In this document: piece by piece, positions 13,142 to 24,138 of the stretch
How positions within the stretch are numbered: position 1 is the first letter of the stretch
How the letters are laid out: each line of letters begins with the position of its first letter
Source: Escherichia coli
GTDB lineage: Bacteria; Pseudomonadota; Gammaproteobacteria; Enterobacterales; Enterobacteriaceae
Length of the DNA stretch: 64,000 nt
Assembly: GCF_003334385.1 (NCBI RefSeq)
Contig: NZ_QOWN01000023.1
Direction: 5' to 3' (one strand)
Position numbers and translations under genes: made by a program
The notes under the pieces: model-generated
The model's input: only the letters and a program-made list of their open reading frames with translations
Database searches by the model: none
What the model was told of the DNA's origin: nothing

Positions 13142-13945
13142 TTAACGCTTCAGAGCGTCGCTTAACTCGTCACGCATGTTCGCCAGCATGGCTTTAACAA
13201 CGCGCGGGTTACCAGCAACGATGTTACCGGTCAGCATGTAGTTATGACCACCGGTGAAGTCGCTGACGATGCCGCCCGCTTCACGAACCAGCAGCTCGCC
13301 TGCGGCGAAGTCCCACGGGCGCAGACCGATTTCAAAGAAACCGTCAACACGACCCGCAGCGACGTAAGCCAGATCCAGCGCCGCAGAACCGGTACGACGG
13401 AAGTCTGCACATTCGTTGAACAGTTTGCCGACGATGTTGATGTAGGTAGTGGCGTACTGTTTTGCTTTGAACGGGAAGCCGGTCGCCAGAATAGTACCGT
13501 CGAGATCGCGAGCGGTGCTGCCGCGCAGTCGGTAGCCGTTCAGCTGTGCGCCCTGACCGCGAGTGGCGGTGAACAGTTCGTTACGCATAGGATCGTATAC
13601 CACAGCAACTTCGGTGCGGCCTTTGATACGAACAGCGATAGATACCGCGAAGTGCGGCAGACGTTTGATAAAGTTGGTAGTGCCATCCAGTGGATCGATA
13701 ACCCATTGAACATCCTGATCAGTACCTTCAAGTTCACCGCTTTCTTCGGTGATGATGGTGTGCTGTGGGTAAGATTTACGAATCGTGTCGATAATCACCG
13801 CTTCGGCAGCTTTATCTACGTTGGTCACGAAATCGTTACTGCCTTTCTGGCTCGCTTCTACAGCGTCCGGGGTTTCATAGTTTTTGGCAATTAAATTACC
13901 CGCCTTGCGCGCTGCGCGCACGGCGATGTTCAGCATCGGATGCAT
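13142..13945 (-). CDS. suhB: Inositol monophosphatase family protein SuhB
   Basis: IMPase motifs WVIDPLDGT and metal-binding region; 267 aa. Confidence 0.93.
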   Translation of the reverse strand: MHPMLNIAVRAARKAGNLIAKNYETPDAVEASQKGSNDFVTNVDKAAEAVIIDTIRKSYPQHTIITEESGELEGTDQDVQWVIDPLDGTTNFIKRLPHFAVSIAVRIKGRTEVAVVYDPMRNELFTATRGQGAQLNGYRLRGSTARDLDGTILATGFPFKAKQYATTYINIVGKLFNECADFRRTGSAALDLAYVAAGRVDGFFEIGLRPWDFAAGELLVREAGGIVSDFTGGHNYMLTGNIVAGNPRVVKAMLANMRDELSDALKR

Positions 13946-14063
13946 CGGTCTCTCTCACTGGATGTTAAAGAACGGGAAAACGGCGCAGAGTATAGCAGCG
14001 AGATCGGCATCTGTCTTCGTTTTATGATAAGATGCGTGAATAATCTTTAGATGAAGAAAGACA

Positions 14064-14803
14064 ATGCTGCAAAATATTCGAATTGTGCTGGTGGAGACGT
14101 CACACACCGGCAATATGGGTTCTGTTGCCCGTGCCATGAAAACAATGGGATTAACCAATCTGTGGCTGGTTAATCCACTGGTGAAACCCGACTCCCAGGC
14201 GATTGCCCTGGCAGCAGGGGCCAGCGATGTGATTGGTAATGCTCACATCGTCGATACGCTCGACGAAGCGTTAGCCGGTTGTAGCCTGGTGGTGGGCACC
14301 AGCGCACGTTCCCGCACGCTGCCATGGCCGATGCTCGACCCGCGCGAATGCGGCCTGAAAAGCGTCGCTGAAGCGGCAAATACCCCGGTGGCGCTGGTGT
14401 TTGGTCGCGAGCGCGTCGGCTTGACCAATGAAGAGTTGCAGAAATGCCATTATCATGTCGCGATTGCGGCTAACCCGGAATACAGCTCGCTGAACCTGGC
14501 GATGGCGGTTCAGGTTATTGCCTATGAAGTGCGCATGGCCTGGCTGGCAACTCAGGAAAACGGCGAGCAGGTCGAGCATGAAGAGACGCCGTATCCGCTG
14601 GTCGATGATCTGGAGCGTTTTTATGGTCATCTGGAACAAACGCTGCTGGCAACCGGTTTTATCCGTGAAAACCATCCGGGGCAGGTGATGAATAAATTGC
14701 GCCGTCTGTTTACCCGTGCGCGCCCGGAAAGCCAGGAGTTGAATATCCTGCGCGGGATTCTGGCTTCTATTGAGCAGCAGAATAAAGGTAACAAGGCCGA
14801 ATA

Positions 14804-14804
<1 letters not shown>
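14064..14804 (+). CDS. trmJ: tRNA (cytidine/uridine-2'-O)-methyltransferase (SPOUT)
   Basis: 246 aa SpoU-type product; immediately upstream of isc region. Confidence 0.9.
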
Positions 14805-15180
<376 letters not shown>

Positions 15181-15238
15181 ACGCCACGATAAAAAAATGG
15201 CACTGAAGGTTAAATACCCGACTAAATCAGTCAAGTAA

Positions 15239-15263
15239 ATAGTTGACCAATTTACTCGGGAAT
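15239..15263 (+). promoter_or_regulatory. IscR type-1-like binding site in iscR promoter region
   Basis: ATAGTTGACCAATTTACTCGGGAAT matches the type-1 IscR consensus as I recall it at about 22 of 25 positions; lies ~85-110 bp upstream of iscR ATG. Confidence 0.5.
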
Positions 15264-15346
15264 GTCAGACTTGACCCTGCTATGCAATACCCCCACTTTT
15301 ACAATAAAAAACCCCGGGCAGGGGCGAGTTTGAGGTGAAGTAAGAC

Positions 15347-15835
15347 ATGAGACTGACATCTAAAGGGCGCTATGCCGTGACCGCAATGCTTGACGTTGCG
15401 CTCAACTCTGAAGCGGGCCCGGTACCGTTGGCTGATATTTCCGAACGTCAGGGAATTTCCCTTTCTTATCTGGAACAACTGTTTTCCCGTCTGCGTAAAA
15501 ATGGTCTGGTTTCCAGCGTACGTGGACCAGGCGGTGGTTATCTGTTAGGCAAAGATGCCAGCAGCATCGCCGTTGGCGAAGTAATTAGCGCCGTTGACGA
15601 ATCTGTAGATGCCACCCGTTGTCAGGGTAAAGGCGGCTGCCAGGGCGGCGATAAATGCCTGACCCACGCGCTGTGGCGTGATTTGAGCGACCGTCTCACC
15701 GGTTTTCTCAACAACATTACTTTAGGCGAACTGGTTAATAACCAGGAAGTGCTGGATGTGTCTGGTCGTCAGCATACTCACGACGCGCCACGCACCCGCA
15801 CACAAGACGCGATCGACGTTAAGTTACGCGCTTAA
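15347..15835 (+). CDS. iscR: Fe-S cluster assembly transcriptional regulator (Rrf2 family)
   Basis: 162 aa; N-terminal [19 protein letters not shown]; cluster-ligand cysteines in [13 protein letters not shown]. Confidence 0.95.
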
Positions 15836-15946
15836 TAAAAAGAATTCAGAATCAGGCCGGAGTGCTAAATACTCCGTAAACACGGTCGTACATCCAGCCG
15901 GTAGCCTGATTCCTTGCATTGAGTGATGTACGGAGTTTATAGAGCA

Positions 15947-17161
15947 ATGAAATTACCGATTTATCTCGACTACTCCGCAACCACGCCGGTGGACCCGCGT
16001 GTTGCCGAGAAAATGATGCAGTTTATGACGATGGACGGAACCTTTGGTAACCCGGCCTCCCGTTCTCACCGTTTCGGCTGGCAGGCTGAAGAAGCGGTAG
16101 ATATCGCCCGTAATCAGATTGCCGATCTGGTCGGCGCTGATCCGCGTGAAATCGTCTTTACCTCTGGTGCAACCGAATCTGACAACCTGGCGATCAAAGG
16201 TGCAGCCAACTTTTATCAGAAAAAAGGCAAGCACATCATCACCAGCAAAACCGAACACAAAGCGGTACTGGATACCTGCCGTCAGCTGGAGCGCGAAGGT
16301 TTTGAAGTCACCTACCTGGCACCGCAGCGTAACGGCATTATCGACCTGAAAGAACTTGAAGCAGCGATGCGTGACGACACCATCCTCGTGTCCATCATGC
16401 ACGTAAATAACGAAATCGGCGTGGTGCAGGATATCGCGGCTATCGGCGAAATGTGCCGTGCTCGTGGCATTATCTATCACGTTGATGCAACCCAGAGCGT
16501 GGGTAAACTGCCTATCGACCTGAGCCAGTTGAAAGTTGACCTGATGTCTTTCTCCGGTCACAAAATCTATGGCCCGAAAGGTATCGGTGCGCTGTATGTA
16601 CGTCGTAAACCGCGCGTACGCATCGAAGCGCAAATGCACGGCGGCGGTCACGAGCGCGGTATGCGTTCCGGCACTCTGCCTGTTCACCAGATCGTCGGAA
16701 TGGGCGAGGCCTATCGCATCGCAAAAGAAGAGATGGCGACCGAGATGGAACGTCTGCGCGGCCTGCGTAACCGTCTGTGGAACGGCATCAAAGATATCGA
16801 AGAAGTTTACCTGAACGGTGACCTGGAACACGGTGCGCCGAACATTCTCAACGTCAGCTTCAACTACGTTGAAGGTGAGTCGCTGATTATGGCGCTGAAA
16901 GACCTCGCAGTTTCTTCAGGTTCCGCCTGTACGTCAGCAAGCCTCGAACCGTCCTACGTGCTGCGCGCGCTGGGGCTGAACGACGAGCTGGCACATAGCT
17001 CTATCCGTTTCTCTTTAGGTCGTTTTACTACTGAAGAAGAGATCGACTACACCATCGAGTTAGTTCGTAAATCCATCGGTCGTCTGCGTGACCTTTCTCC
17101 GCTGTGGGAAATGTACAAGCAGGGCGTGGATCTGAACAGCATCGAATGGGCTCATCATTAA
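15947..17161 (+). CDS. iscS: Cysteine desulfurase IscS
   Basis: PLP-lysine motif [12 protein letters not shown] and active-site region SSGSACTS; 404 aa from [16 protein letters not shown]. Confidence 0.96.
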
Positions 17162-17188
17162 TCGGTATCGGAATCAGGAGAATTTATA

Positions 17189-17575
17189 ATGGCTTACAGC
17201 GAAAAAGTTATCGACCATTACGAGAATCCGCGTAACGTGGGTTCCTTTGACAACAACGACGAGAACGTCGGCAGCGGCATGGTGGGGGCACCGGCCTGTG
17301 GCGACGTGATGAAGTTGCAGATTAAAGTCAACGATGAAGGTATCATTGAAGACGCGCGTTTTAAAACTTACGGCTGCGGTTCCGCTATCGCTTCCAGCTC
17401 CCTGGTCACCGAATGGGTGAAAGGGAAGTCTCTCGACGAAGCGCAGGCGATCAAAAACACCGATATTGCTGAAGAACTTGAACTGCCGCCGGTGAAAATT
17501 CACTGTTCTATTCTGGCAGAAGACGCGATCAAAGCCGCCATTGCGGACTATAAAAGCAAACGTGAAGCAAAATAA
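17189..17575 (+). CDS. iscU: Fe-S cluster scaffold protein IscU
   Basis: Conserved cysteines in GAPACGDVMKL and LPPVKIHCS; 128 aa. Confidence 0.96.
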   Translation: MAYSEKVIDHYENPRNVGSFDNNDENVGSGMVGAPACGDVMKLQIKVNDEGIIEDARFKTYGCGSAIASSSLVTEWVKGKSLDEAQAIKNTDIAEELELPPVKIHCSILAEDAIKAAIADYKSKREAK

Positions 17576-17591
17576 GAGTTGAGGTTTGGTT

Positions 17592-17915
17592 ATGTCGATT
17601 ACACTGAGCGACAGTGCAGCAGCGCGAGTAAATACCTTTCTGGCTAACCGCGGTAAAGGGTTTGGCCTGCGTCTGGGCGTGAGAACCTCCGGGTGTTCAG
17701 GTATGGCTTATGTACTGGAATTTGTTGACGAACCGACGCCGGAAGACATCGTGTTTGAAGACAAAGGCGTGAAAGTCGTGGTCGATGGCAAGAGCCTGCA
17801 ATTTCTGGACGGTACGCAGCTGGACTTCGTAAAAGAAGGCCTGAACGAAGGGTTTAAATTCACCAACCCGAACGTCAAAGATGAGTGTGGTTGCGGCGAA
17901 AGCTTCCACGTTTGA
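17592..17915 (+). CDS. iscA: A-type Fe-S carrier IscA
   Basis: C-terminal CGCGESF motif; 107 aa. Confidence 0.95.
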   Translation: MSITLSDSAAARVNTFLANRGKGFGLRLGVRTSGCSGMAYVLEFVDEPTPEDIVFEDKGVKVVVDGKSLQFLDGTQLDFVKEGLNEGFKFTNPNVKDECGCGESFHV

Positions 17916-18010
17916 TGCGCATACCGATAACCCCACCGTGGTCGCCTGCGCGTGGGGTTTGTTTTACCTGATTCGCCGTTATCGCGGCGGATCGCAGCCC
18001 TGAGAATGTT

Positions 18011-18526
18011 ATGGATTACTTCACCCTCTTTGGCTTGCCTGCCCGCTATCAACTCGATACCCAGGCGCTGAGCCTGCGTTTTCAGGATCTACAACGTCAG
18101 TATCATCCTGATAAATTCGCCAGCGGAAGCCAGGCGGAACAACTCGCCGCCGTACAGCAATCTGCAACCATTAACCAGGCCTGGCAAACGCTGCGTCATC
18201 CGTTAATGCGCGCGGAATATTTGCTTTCTTTGCACGGCTTTGATCTCGCCAGCGAGCAGCATACTGTGCGCGACACCGCGTTCCTGATGGAACAGTTGGA
18301 GCTGCGCGAAGAGCTGGACGAGATCGAACAGGCGAAAGATGAAGCGCGGCTGGAAAGCTTTATCAAACGTGTGAAAAAGATGTTTGATACCCGCCATCAG
18401 TTGATGGTTGAACAGTTAGACAACGAGACGTGGGACGCGGCGGCGGATACCGTGCGTAAGCTGCGTTTTCTCGATAAACTGCGAAGCAGTGCCGAACAAC
18501 TCGAAGAAAAACTGCTCGATTTTTAA
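18011..18526 (+). CDS. hscB: J-type co-chaperone HscB
   Basis: J-domain with HPD tripeptide (RQYHPDKFA); 171 aa. Confidence 0.95.
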
Positions 18527-18542
18527 TTTCTGGAAGCTAAAC

Positions 18543-20393
18543 ATGGCCTTATTACAAATTAGTGAACCTGGTTTGAGTGCTGCGCCGCATCAGCGTCGTC
18601 TGGCGGCCGGTATTGACCTGGGCACAACCAACTCGCTGGTGGCGACAGTGCGCAGCGGTCAGGCCGAAACGTTAGCCGATCATGAAGGCCGTCACCTGCT
18701 GCCATCTGTTGTTCACTATCAACAGCAAGGGCATTCGGTGGGTTATGACGCGCGTACTAATGCAGCGCTCGATACCGCCAACACAATTAGTTCTGTTAAA
18801 CGCCTGATGGGACGCTCGCTGGCTGATATCCAGCAACGCTATCCGCATCTGCCTTATCAATTCCAGGCCAGCGAAAACGGCCTGCCGATGATTGAAACGG
18901 CGGCGGGGCTGCTGAACCCGGTGCGCGTTTCTGCGGACATCCTCAAAGCACTGGCGGCGCGGGCAACTGAAGCCCTGGCAGGCGAGCTGGATGGTGTAGT
19001 TATCACCGTTCCGGCGTACTTTGACGATGCCCAGCGTCAGGGCACCAAAGACGCGGCGCGTCTGGCGGGCCTTCACGTCCTGCGCTTACTTAACGAACCG
19101 ACCGCTGCGGCTATCGCCTACGGGCTGGATTCCGGTCAGGAAGGCGTGATCGCCGTTTATGACCTCGGTGGCGGGACGTTTGATATTTCCATTCTGCGCT
19201 TAAGTCGCGGCGTGTTTGAAGTGCTGGCAACCGGCGGTGATTCCGCGCTCGGCGGCGATGATTTCGACCATCTGCTGGCGGATTACATTCGCGAGCAGGC
19301 GGGCATTCCTGATCGTAGCGATAACCGCGTTCAGCGTGAACTGCTGGATGCCGCCATTGCAGCCAAAATCGCGCTGAGCGATGCGGACTCCGTGACCGTT
19401 AACGTTGCGGGCTGGCAGGGCGAAATCAGCCGTGAACAATTCAATGAACTGATCGCGCCACTGGTAAAACGAACCTTACTGGCTTGTCGTCGCGCGCTGA
19501 AAGACGCGGGTGTAGAAGCTGATGAAGTGCTGGAAGTGGTGATGGTGGGCGGTTCTACTCGCGTGCCGCTGGTGCGTGAACGGGTAGGCGAATTTTTCGG
19601 TCGTCCACCGCTGACTTCCATCGACCCGGATAAAGTCGTCGCTATTGGCGCGGCGATTCAGGCGGATATTCTGGTGGGTAACAAGCCAGACAGCGAAATG
19701 CTGTTGCTTGATGTGATCCCACTGTCGCTGGGCCTCGAAACGATGGGCGGCCTGGTGGAGAAAGTGATTCCGCGTAATACCACTATTCCGGTGGCCCGCG
19801 CTCAGGATTTCACCACCTTTAAAGATGGTCAGACGGCGATGTCTATCCATGTAATGCAGGGTGAGCGCGAACTGGTGCAGGACTGCCGCTCACTGGCGCG
19901 TTTTGCGCTGCGTGGTATTCCGGCGCTACCGGCTGGCGGTGCGCATATTCGCGTGACGTTCCAGGTCGATGCCGACGGTCTTTTGAGCGTGACGGCGATG
20001 GAGAAATCCACCGGCGTTGAGGCGTCTATTCAGGTCAAACCGTCTTACGGTCTGACCGATAGCGAAATCGCTTCGATGATCAAAGACTCAATGAGCTATG
20101 CCGAGCAGGACGTAAAAGCCCGAATGCTGGCAGAACAAAAAGTAGAAGCGGCGCGTGTGCTGGAAAGTCTGCACGGCGCGCTGGCTGCTGATGCCGCGCT
20201 GTTAAGCGCCGCAGAACGTCAGGTCATTGACGATGCTGCCGCTCACCTGAGTGAAGTGGCGCAGGGCGATGATGTTGACGCCATCGAACAAGCGATTAAA
20301 AACGTAGACAAACAAACCCAGGATTTCGCCGCTCGCCGCATGGACCAGTCGGTTCGTCGTGCGCTGAAAGGCCATTCCGTGGACGAGGTTTAA
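18543..20393 (+). CDS. hscA: Hsp70-type chaperone HscA
   Basis: Hsp70 signatures IDLGTTNS and DLGGGTFD; 616 aa from MALLQISEP. Confidence 0.96.
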
Positions 20394-20394
20394 T

Positions 20395-20730
20395 ATGCCA
20401 AAGATTGTTATTTTGCCTCATCAGGATCTCTGCCCTGATGGCGCTGTTCTGGAAGCTAATAGCGGTGAAACCATTCTCGACGCAGCTCTGCGTAACGGTA
20501 TCGAGATTGAACACGCCTGTGAAAAATCCTGTGCTTGCACCACCTGCCACTGCATCGTTCGTGAAGGTTTTGACTCACTGCCGGAAAGCTCAGAGCAGGA
20601 AGACGACATGCTGGACAAAGCCTGGGGACTGGAGCCGGAAAGCCGTTTAAGCTGCCAGGCGCGCGTTACCGACGAAGATTTAGTAGTCGAAATCCCGCGT
20701 TACACTATCAACCATGCGCGTGAGCATTAA
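20395..20730 (+). CDS. fdx: [2Fe-2S] ferredoxin of the isc operon
   Basis: Cysteine cluster [12 protein letters not shown]; starts 1 nt after hscA stop. Confidence 0.95.
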
Positions 20731-20741
20731 CAGAGGTTAGT

Positions 20742-20942
20742 ATGGGACTTAAGTGGACCGATAGCCGCGAAATTGGCGAAGCACTGTACGATGCGTATCC
20801 CGATCTTGATCCGAAAACGGTTCGATTCACCGATATGCATCAGTGGATTTGCGATCTGGAAGATTTCGACGACGACCCGCAGGCATCCAACGAGAAAATC
20901 CTCGAAGCGATTTTGTTAGTCTGGCTGGACGAGGCCGAATAA
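20742..20942 (+). CDS. iscX: Small acidic Fe-S assembly protein IscX
   Basis: 66 aa acidic product [24 protein letters not shown]. Confidence 0.9.
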
Positions 20943-21119
20943 TTTCCGCGTCATGCTTCACGCCGCAGATGCGTTGGCTGCGCTCGTTCACCCCAGTCAC
21001 ATAGTTATCTATGCTCCTGGGGCTTCACTCACTTGCCGCCTTCCTGCAACGCGAATCATTTAGCGGAAAAATCCTGGGGCTGCCAACTGGCGGCCCTTTT
21101 ACAAAGAAGGATAACTAAA

Positions 21120-22403
21120 ATGACAGAAGCGATGAAGATTACCCTCTCTACCCAACCTGCCGACGCGCGCTGGGGAGAAAAAGCAACTTACAGCATTAAT
21201 AATGACGGCATTACCCTGCATTTGAACGGGGCAGACGATCTGGGGCTGATCCAGCGTGCGGCGCGCAAGATTGACGGTCTGGGCATCAAGCATGTTCAGT
21301 TAAGCGGTGAAGGCTGGGATGCGGATCGCTGCTGGGCATTCTGGCAAGGTTACAAAGCCCCGAAAGGCACGCGTAAAGTGGTGTGGCCGGATCTGGACGA
21401 TGCCCAGCGCCAGGAACTGGATAACCGCCTGATGATCATCGACTGGGTGCGTGACACCATCAACGCACCGGCAGAAGAATTGGGACCATCGCAACTGGCA
21501 CAGCGTGCTGTTGATCTGATCAGCAACGTCGCGGGCGATCGTGTGACTTATCGGATCACCAAAGGCGAAGATCTGCGTGAGCAAGGTTATATGGGGCTGC
21601 ACACAGTCGGACGCGGTTCAGAACGTTCTCCGGTATTGCTGGCGCTGGATTACAACCCAACTGGCGATAAAGAAGCGCCAGTGTACGCGTGCCTGGTAGG
21701 TAAAGGTATCACTTTTGACTCCGGCGGCTACAGCATCAAACAGACTGCGTTTATGGACTCGATGAAGTCGGACATGGGCGGCGCGGCAACGGTTACCGGG
21801 GCGCTGGCATTTGCCATTACGCGCGGACTGAACAAGCGCGTGAAGCTGTTCCTCTGCTGTGCGGATAACCTGATTAGCGGCAATGCGTTCAAGCTGGGCG
21901 ATATCATCACCTATCGCAACGGTAAAAAAGTTGAAGTGATGAACACTGATGCCGAAGGGCGTCTGGTGCTTGCCGATGGTCTGATTGATGCCAGTGCGCA
22001 GAAACCGGAAATGATCATTGATGCGGCGACCCTCACCGGGGCGGCGAAAACTGCGCTGGGTAATGATTATCACGCGCTGTTCAGTTTTGACGATGCGCTG
22101 GCCGGTCGCTTGCTGGCGAGTGCCGCGCAGGAGAACGAACCGTTCTGGCGTCTGCCGCTGGCGGAGTTCCACCGCAGCCAGCTGCCGTCTAACTTTGCCG
22201 AACTGAACAATACCGGAAGCGCGGCGTATCCGGCAGGCGCGAGCACGGCGGCGGGCTTCCTGTCGCACTTTGTTGAGAACTATCAGCAAGGCTGGCTGCA
22301 TATCGACTGCTCGGCGACTTACCGTAAAGCGCCGGTTGAACAGTGGTCTGCGGGCGCTACGGGACTTGGTGTGCGCACGATAGCTAATCTGTTAACGGCG
22401 TAA
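21120..22403 (+). CDS. pepB: Aminopeptidase B (M17 leucyl aminopeptidase family)
   Basis: M17 signature NTDAEGRL; 427 aa from [11 protein letters not shown]. Confidence 0.93.
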
Positions 22404-22512
<109 letters not shown>

Positions 22513-22544
22513 GCGCCCCGAACGTTGAATGAATTGTGGTTCTT

Positions 22545-23321
22545 ATGTCCGAAACAAAAAACGAACTTGAAGACCTGCTGGAAAAAGCAGCAACTGAACC
22601 GGCGCACCGCCCGGCCTTTTTCCGTACTCTACTGGAATCCACCGTCTGGGTGCCTGGTACGGCGGCGCAGGGCGAGGCTGTGGTTGAAGATAGCGCGCTT
22701 GATTTACAGCACTGGGAAAAAGAAGACGGCACCAGCGTCATTCCTTTTTTCACCTCGTTAGAAGCACTTCAACAGGCGGTTGAAGACGAACAGGCATTTG
22801 TCGTAATGCCCGTTCGCACGCTGTTTGAGATGACACTTGGCGAAACGCTCTTCCTTAATGCCAAACTGCCAACCGGTAAAGAATTTATGCCGCGTGAAAT
22901 CAGTTTGTTGATTGGTGAAGAGGGAAATCCGCTGAGCAGCCAGGAAATCCTGGAAGGCGGTGAATCGCTGATATTATCGGAAGTCGCAGAGCCGCCAGCA
23001 CAAATGATTGATTCACTCACCACCTTATTTAAAACCATTAAGCCGGTGAAGCGTGCTTTTATTTGTTCAATTAAAGAGAACGAAGAGGCACAGCCTAATT
23101 TACTTATTGGCATTGAAGCCGATGGTGATATCGAAGAAATTATTCAGGCGACGGGAAGTGTAGCGACCGATACATTACCTGGCGATGAACCAATCGATAT
23201 TTGTCAGGTGAAAAAAGGGGAAAAAGGAATTAGCCACTTTATTACCGAACATATTGCGCCATTCTATGAACGTCGCTGGGGTGGTTTTTTGCGTGACTTT
23301 AAACAGAATCGGATAATCTAA
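22545..23321 (+). CDS. sseB: Enhanced serine sensitivity protein SseB
   Basis: 258 aa from MSETKNELEDLL; gene order pepB-sseB. Confidence 0.88.
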   Translation: MSETKNELEDLLEKAATEPAHRPAFFRTLLESTVWVPGTAAQGEAVVEDSALDLQHWEKEDGTSVIPFFTSLEALQQAVEDEQAFVVMPVRTLFEMTLGETLFLNAKLPTGKEFMPREISLLIGEEGNPLSSQEILEGGESLILSEVAEPPAQMIDSLTTLFKTIKPVKRAFICSIKENEEAQPNLLIGIEADGDIEEIIQATGSVATDTLPGDEPIDICQVKKGEKGISHFITEHIAPFYERRWGGFLRDFKQNRII

Positions 23322-23625
23322 AATATGCCGCCCAAAGGGCGGCATTCGGGCTTACTTGCTGCTCTGAAGGTTGTTAACCACCAGTAAATTGTCGCCGGAG
23401 AGACTCCGGTTATTATTTACCTCGGTTAACAGCGCACCAGAAACAATAAGTACGATACAAAAGCACCGTATCTTCATTGTGCGGTCCATGCGAAGACCGC
23501 ATCACGACAGCACCACTGGCGATATTGCCGCGATAGCAAGCGCTGTGAAACACCTGCATTTACGGCCACGGAACATCCTTTCCTAAAGCCAGCGCCCGTT
23601 TGCGAGACGGCGGAAAGGGCCGCAG
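23318..23625 (-). ncRNA. ryfA: Candidate ~300 nt RNA (RyfA-like), minus strand, carrying small ORFs
   Basis: Minus-strand -10 TATTAT (plus coordinates 23629-23634); GC hairpin 23325-23345 followed on the minus strand by AUUUUAG; span fits the ~300 nt RyfA RNA of the sseA-sseB spacer from memory. Confidence 0.4.
23352..23477 (-). CDS. Candidate small hydrophobic protein (41 aa; 45 aa if started at 23489)
   Basis: MKIRCFCIVLIVSGALLTEVNNNRSLSGDNLLVVNNLQSSK: basic N-terminus plus 15-residue hydrophobic stretch; ends 7 nt before terminator hairpin; no obvious SD; same frame as upstream 24-codon ORF (23502-23576) across a TGA. Confidence 0.3.
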   Translation of the reverse strand: MKIRCFCIVLIVSGALLTEVNNNRSLSGDNLLVVNNLQSSK

Positions 23626-23806
23626 TGGATAATACACTAACAGAACAATAATAACTCTCTTTTGCTTGACAAAAAGAGAGTTACTGGCGAGTATTGTCTC
23701 CGCTGAGACGCGCTTGCATTACTACGGTAATACAACCTGCTGGAAAGGCCGCGAACCGGACCAGCAACAAAAAACCGCCTGATTTTGGCGGTTTTTTGTT
23801 TTTTAA
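23609..23806 (+). repeat. Copy 1 of ~196 bp direct repeat: A/T-stem hairpin containing TTGACA (23666-23671) and a factor-independent terminator (23769-23804); candidate small RNA (RyfB-like)
   Basis: Near-identical core AACTCTCTTTTGCTTGACAAAAAGAGAGTTACTGG and CTGCTGGAAAGGCCGCGAACC shared with copy 2; GC stem plus T-run. Confidence 0.6.
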
Positions 23807-23930
23807 AGGAAAATGAATTTACATGTTTAAGTAATATCTTTTACCGGTTAGAATTTTTAATTTTGAGCAGGATTTGTTTATATTTGTCTGAATTCGGACT
23901 AATAAGCCAGGTTATTTTATTACCGAACAC

Positions 23931-24126
23931 GGCGGAAAGGGCCGGTGTCGATAATACGCTAAATAAACAATAATTACTCTCTTTTGCTTGACAAAAAGAG
24001 AGTTACTGGTGAGTATTGTTTTGCTGTGAAGCACCTGCGTTGCTCATGTAACACAAGTCAACCTGCTGGAAAGGCCGCGAACCAGACTAGCAATAAAAAA
24101 CCGCCAAATTCGGCGGTTTTTTATTG
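23931..24126 (+). repeat. Copy 2 of the same ~196 bp unit (TTGACA 23988-23993; terminator 24095-24123); candidate sibling small RNA (RyfC-like)
   Basis: Offset 322 bp from copy 1; diverged central segment, conserved ends and terminator. Confidence 0.6.
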
Positions 24127-24138
24127 CCTGTAAAATAC

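Noticed and set aside
15953-16831. 292 aa minus-strand ORF inside iscS
   Set aside because: Antisense shadow ORF of a highly conserved gene; no start context; iscS on the plus strand has clear PLP-enzyme motifs
21618-22301. 227 aa minus-strand ORF inside pepB
   Set aside because: Antisense shadow ORF, Arg-rich composition; pepB on plus strand carries the M17 signature
23371-23586. 71 aa plus-strand ORF in the sseB-sseA spacer
   Set aside because: No Shine-Dalgarno, basic low-complexity translation, overlaps the better-supported minus-strand RNA unit and its terminator; likely non-coding
23785-23973. 62 aa plus-strand ORF between the two repeat copies
   Set aside because: Begins inside the copy-1 terminator, is AT-rich and runs into the copy-2 repeat; more consistent with spacer or leader RNA than a protein
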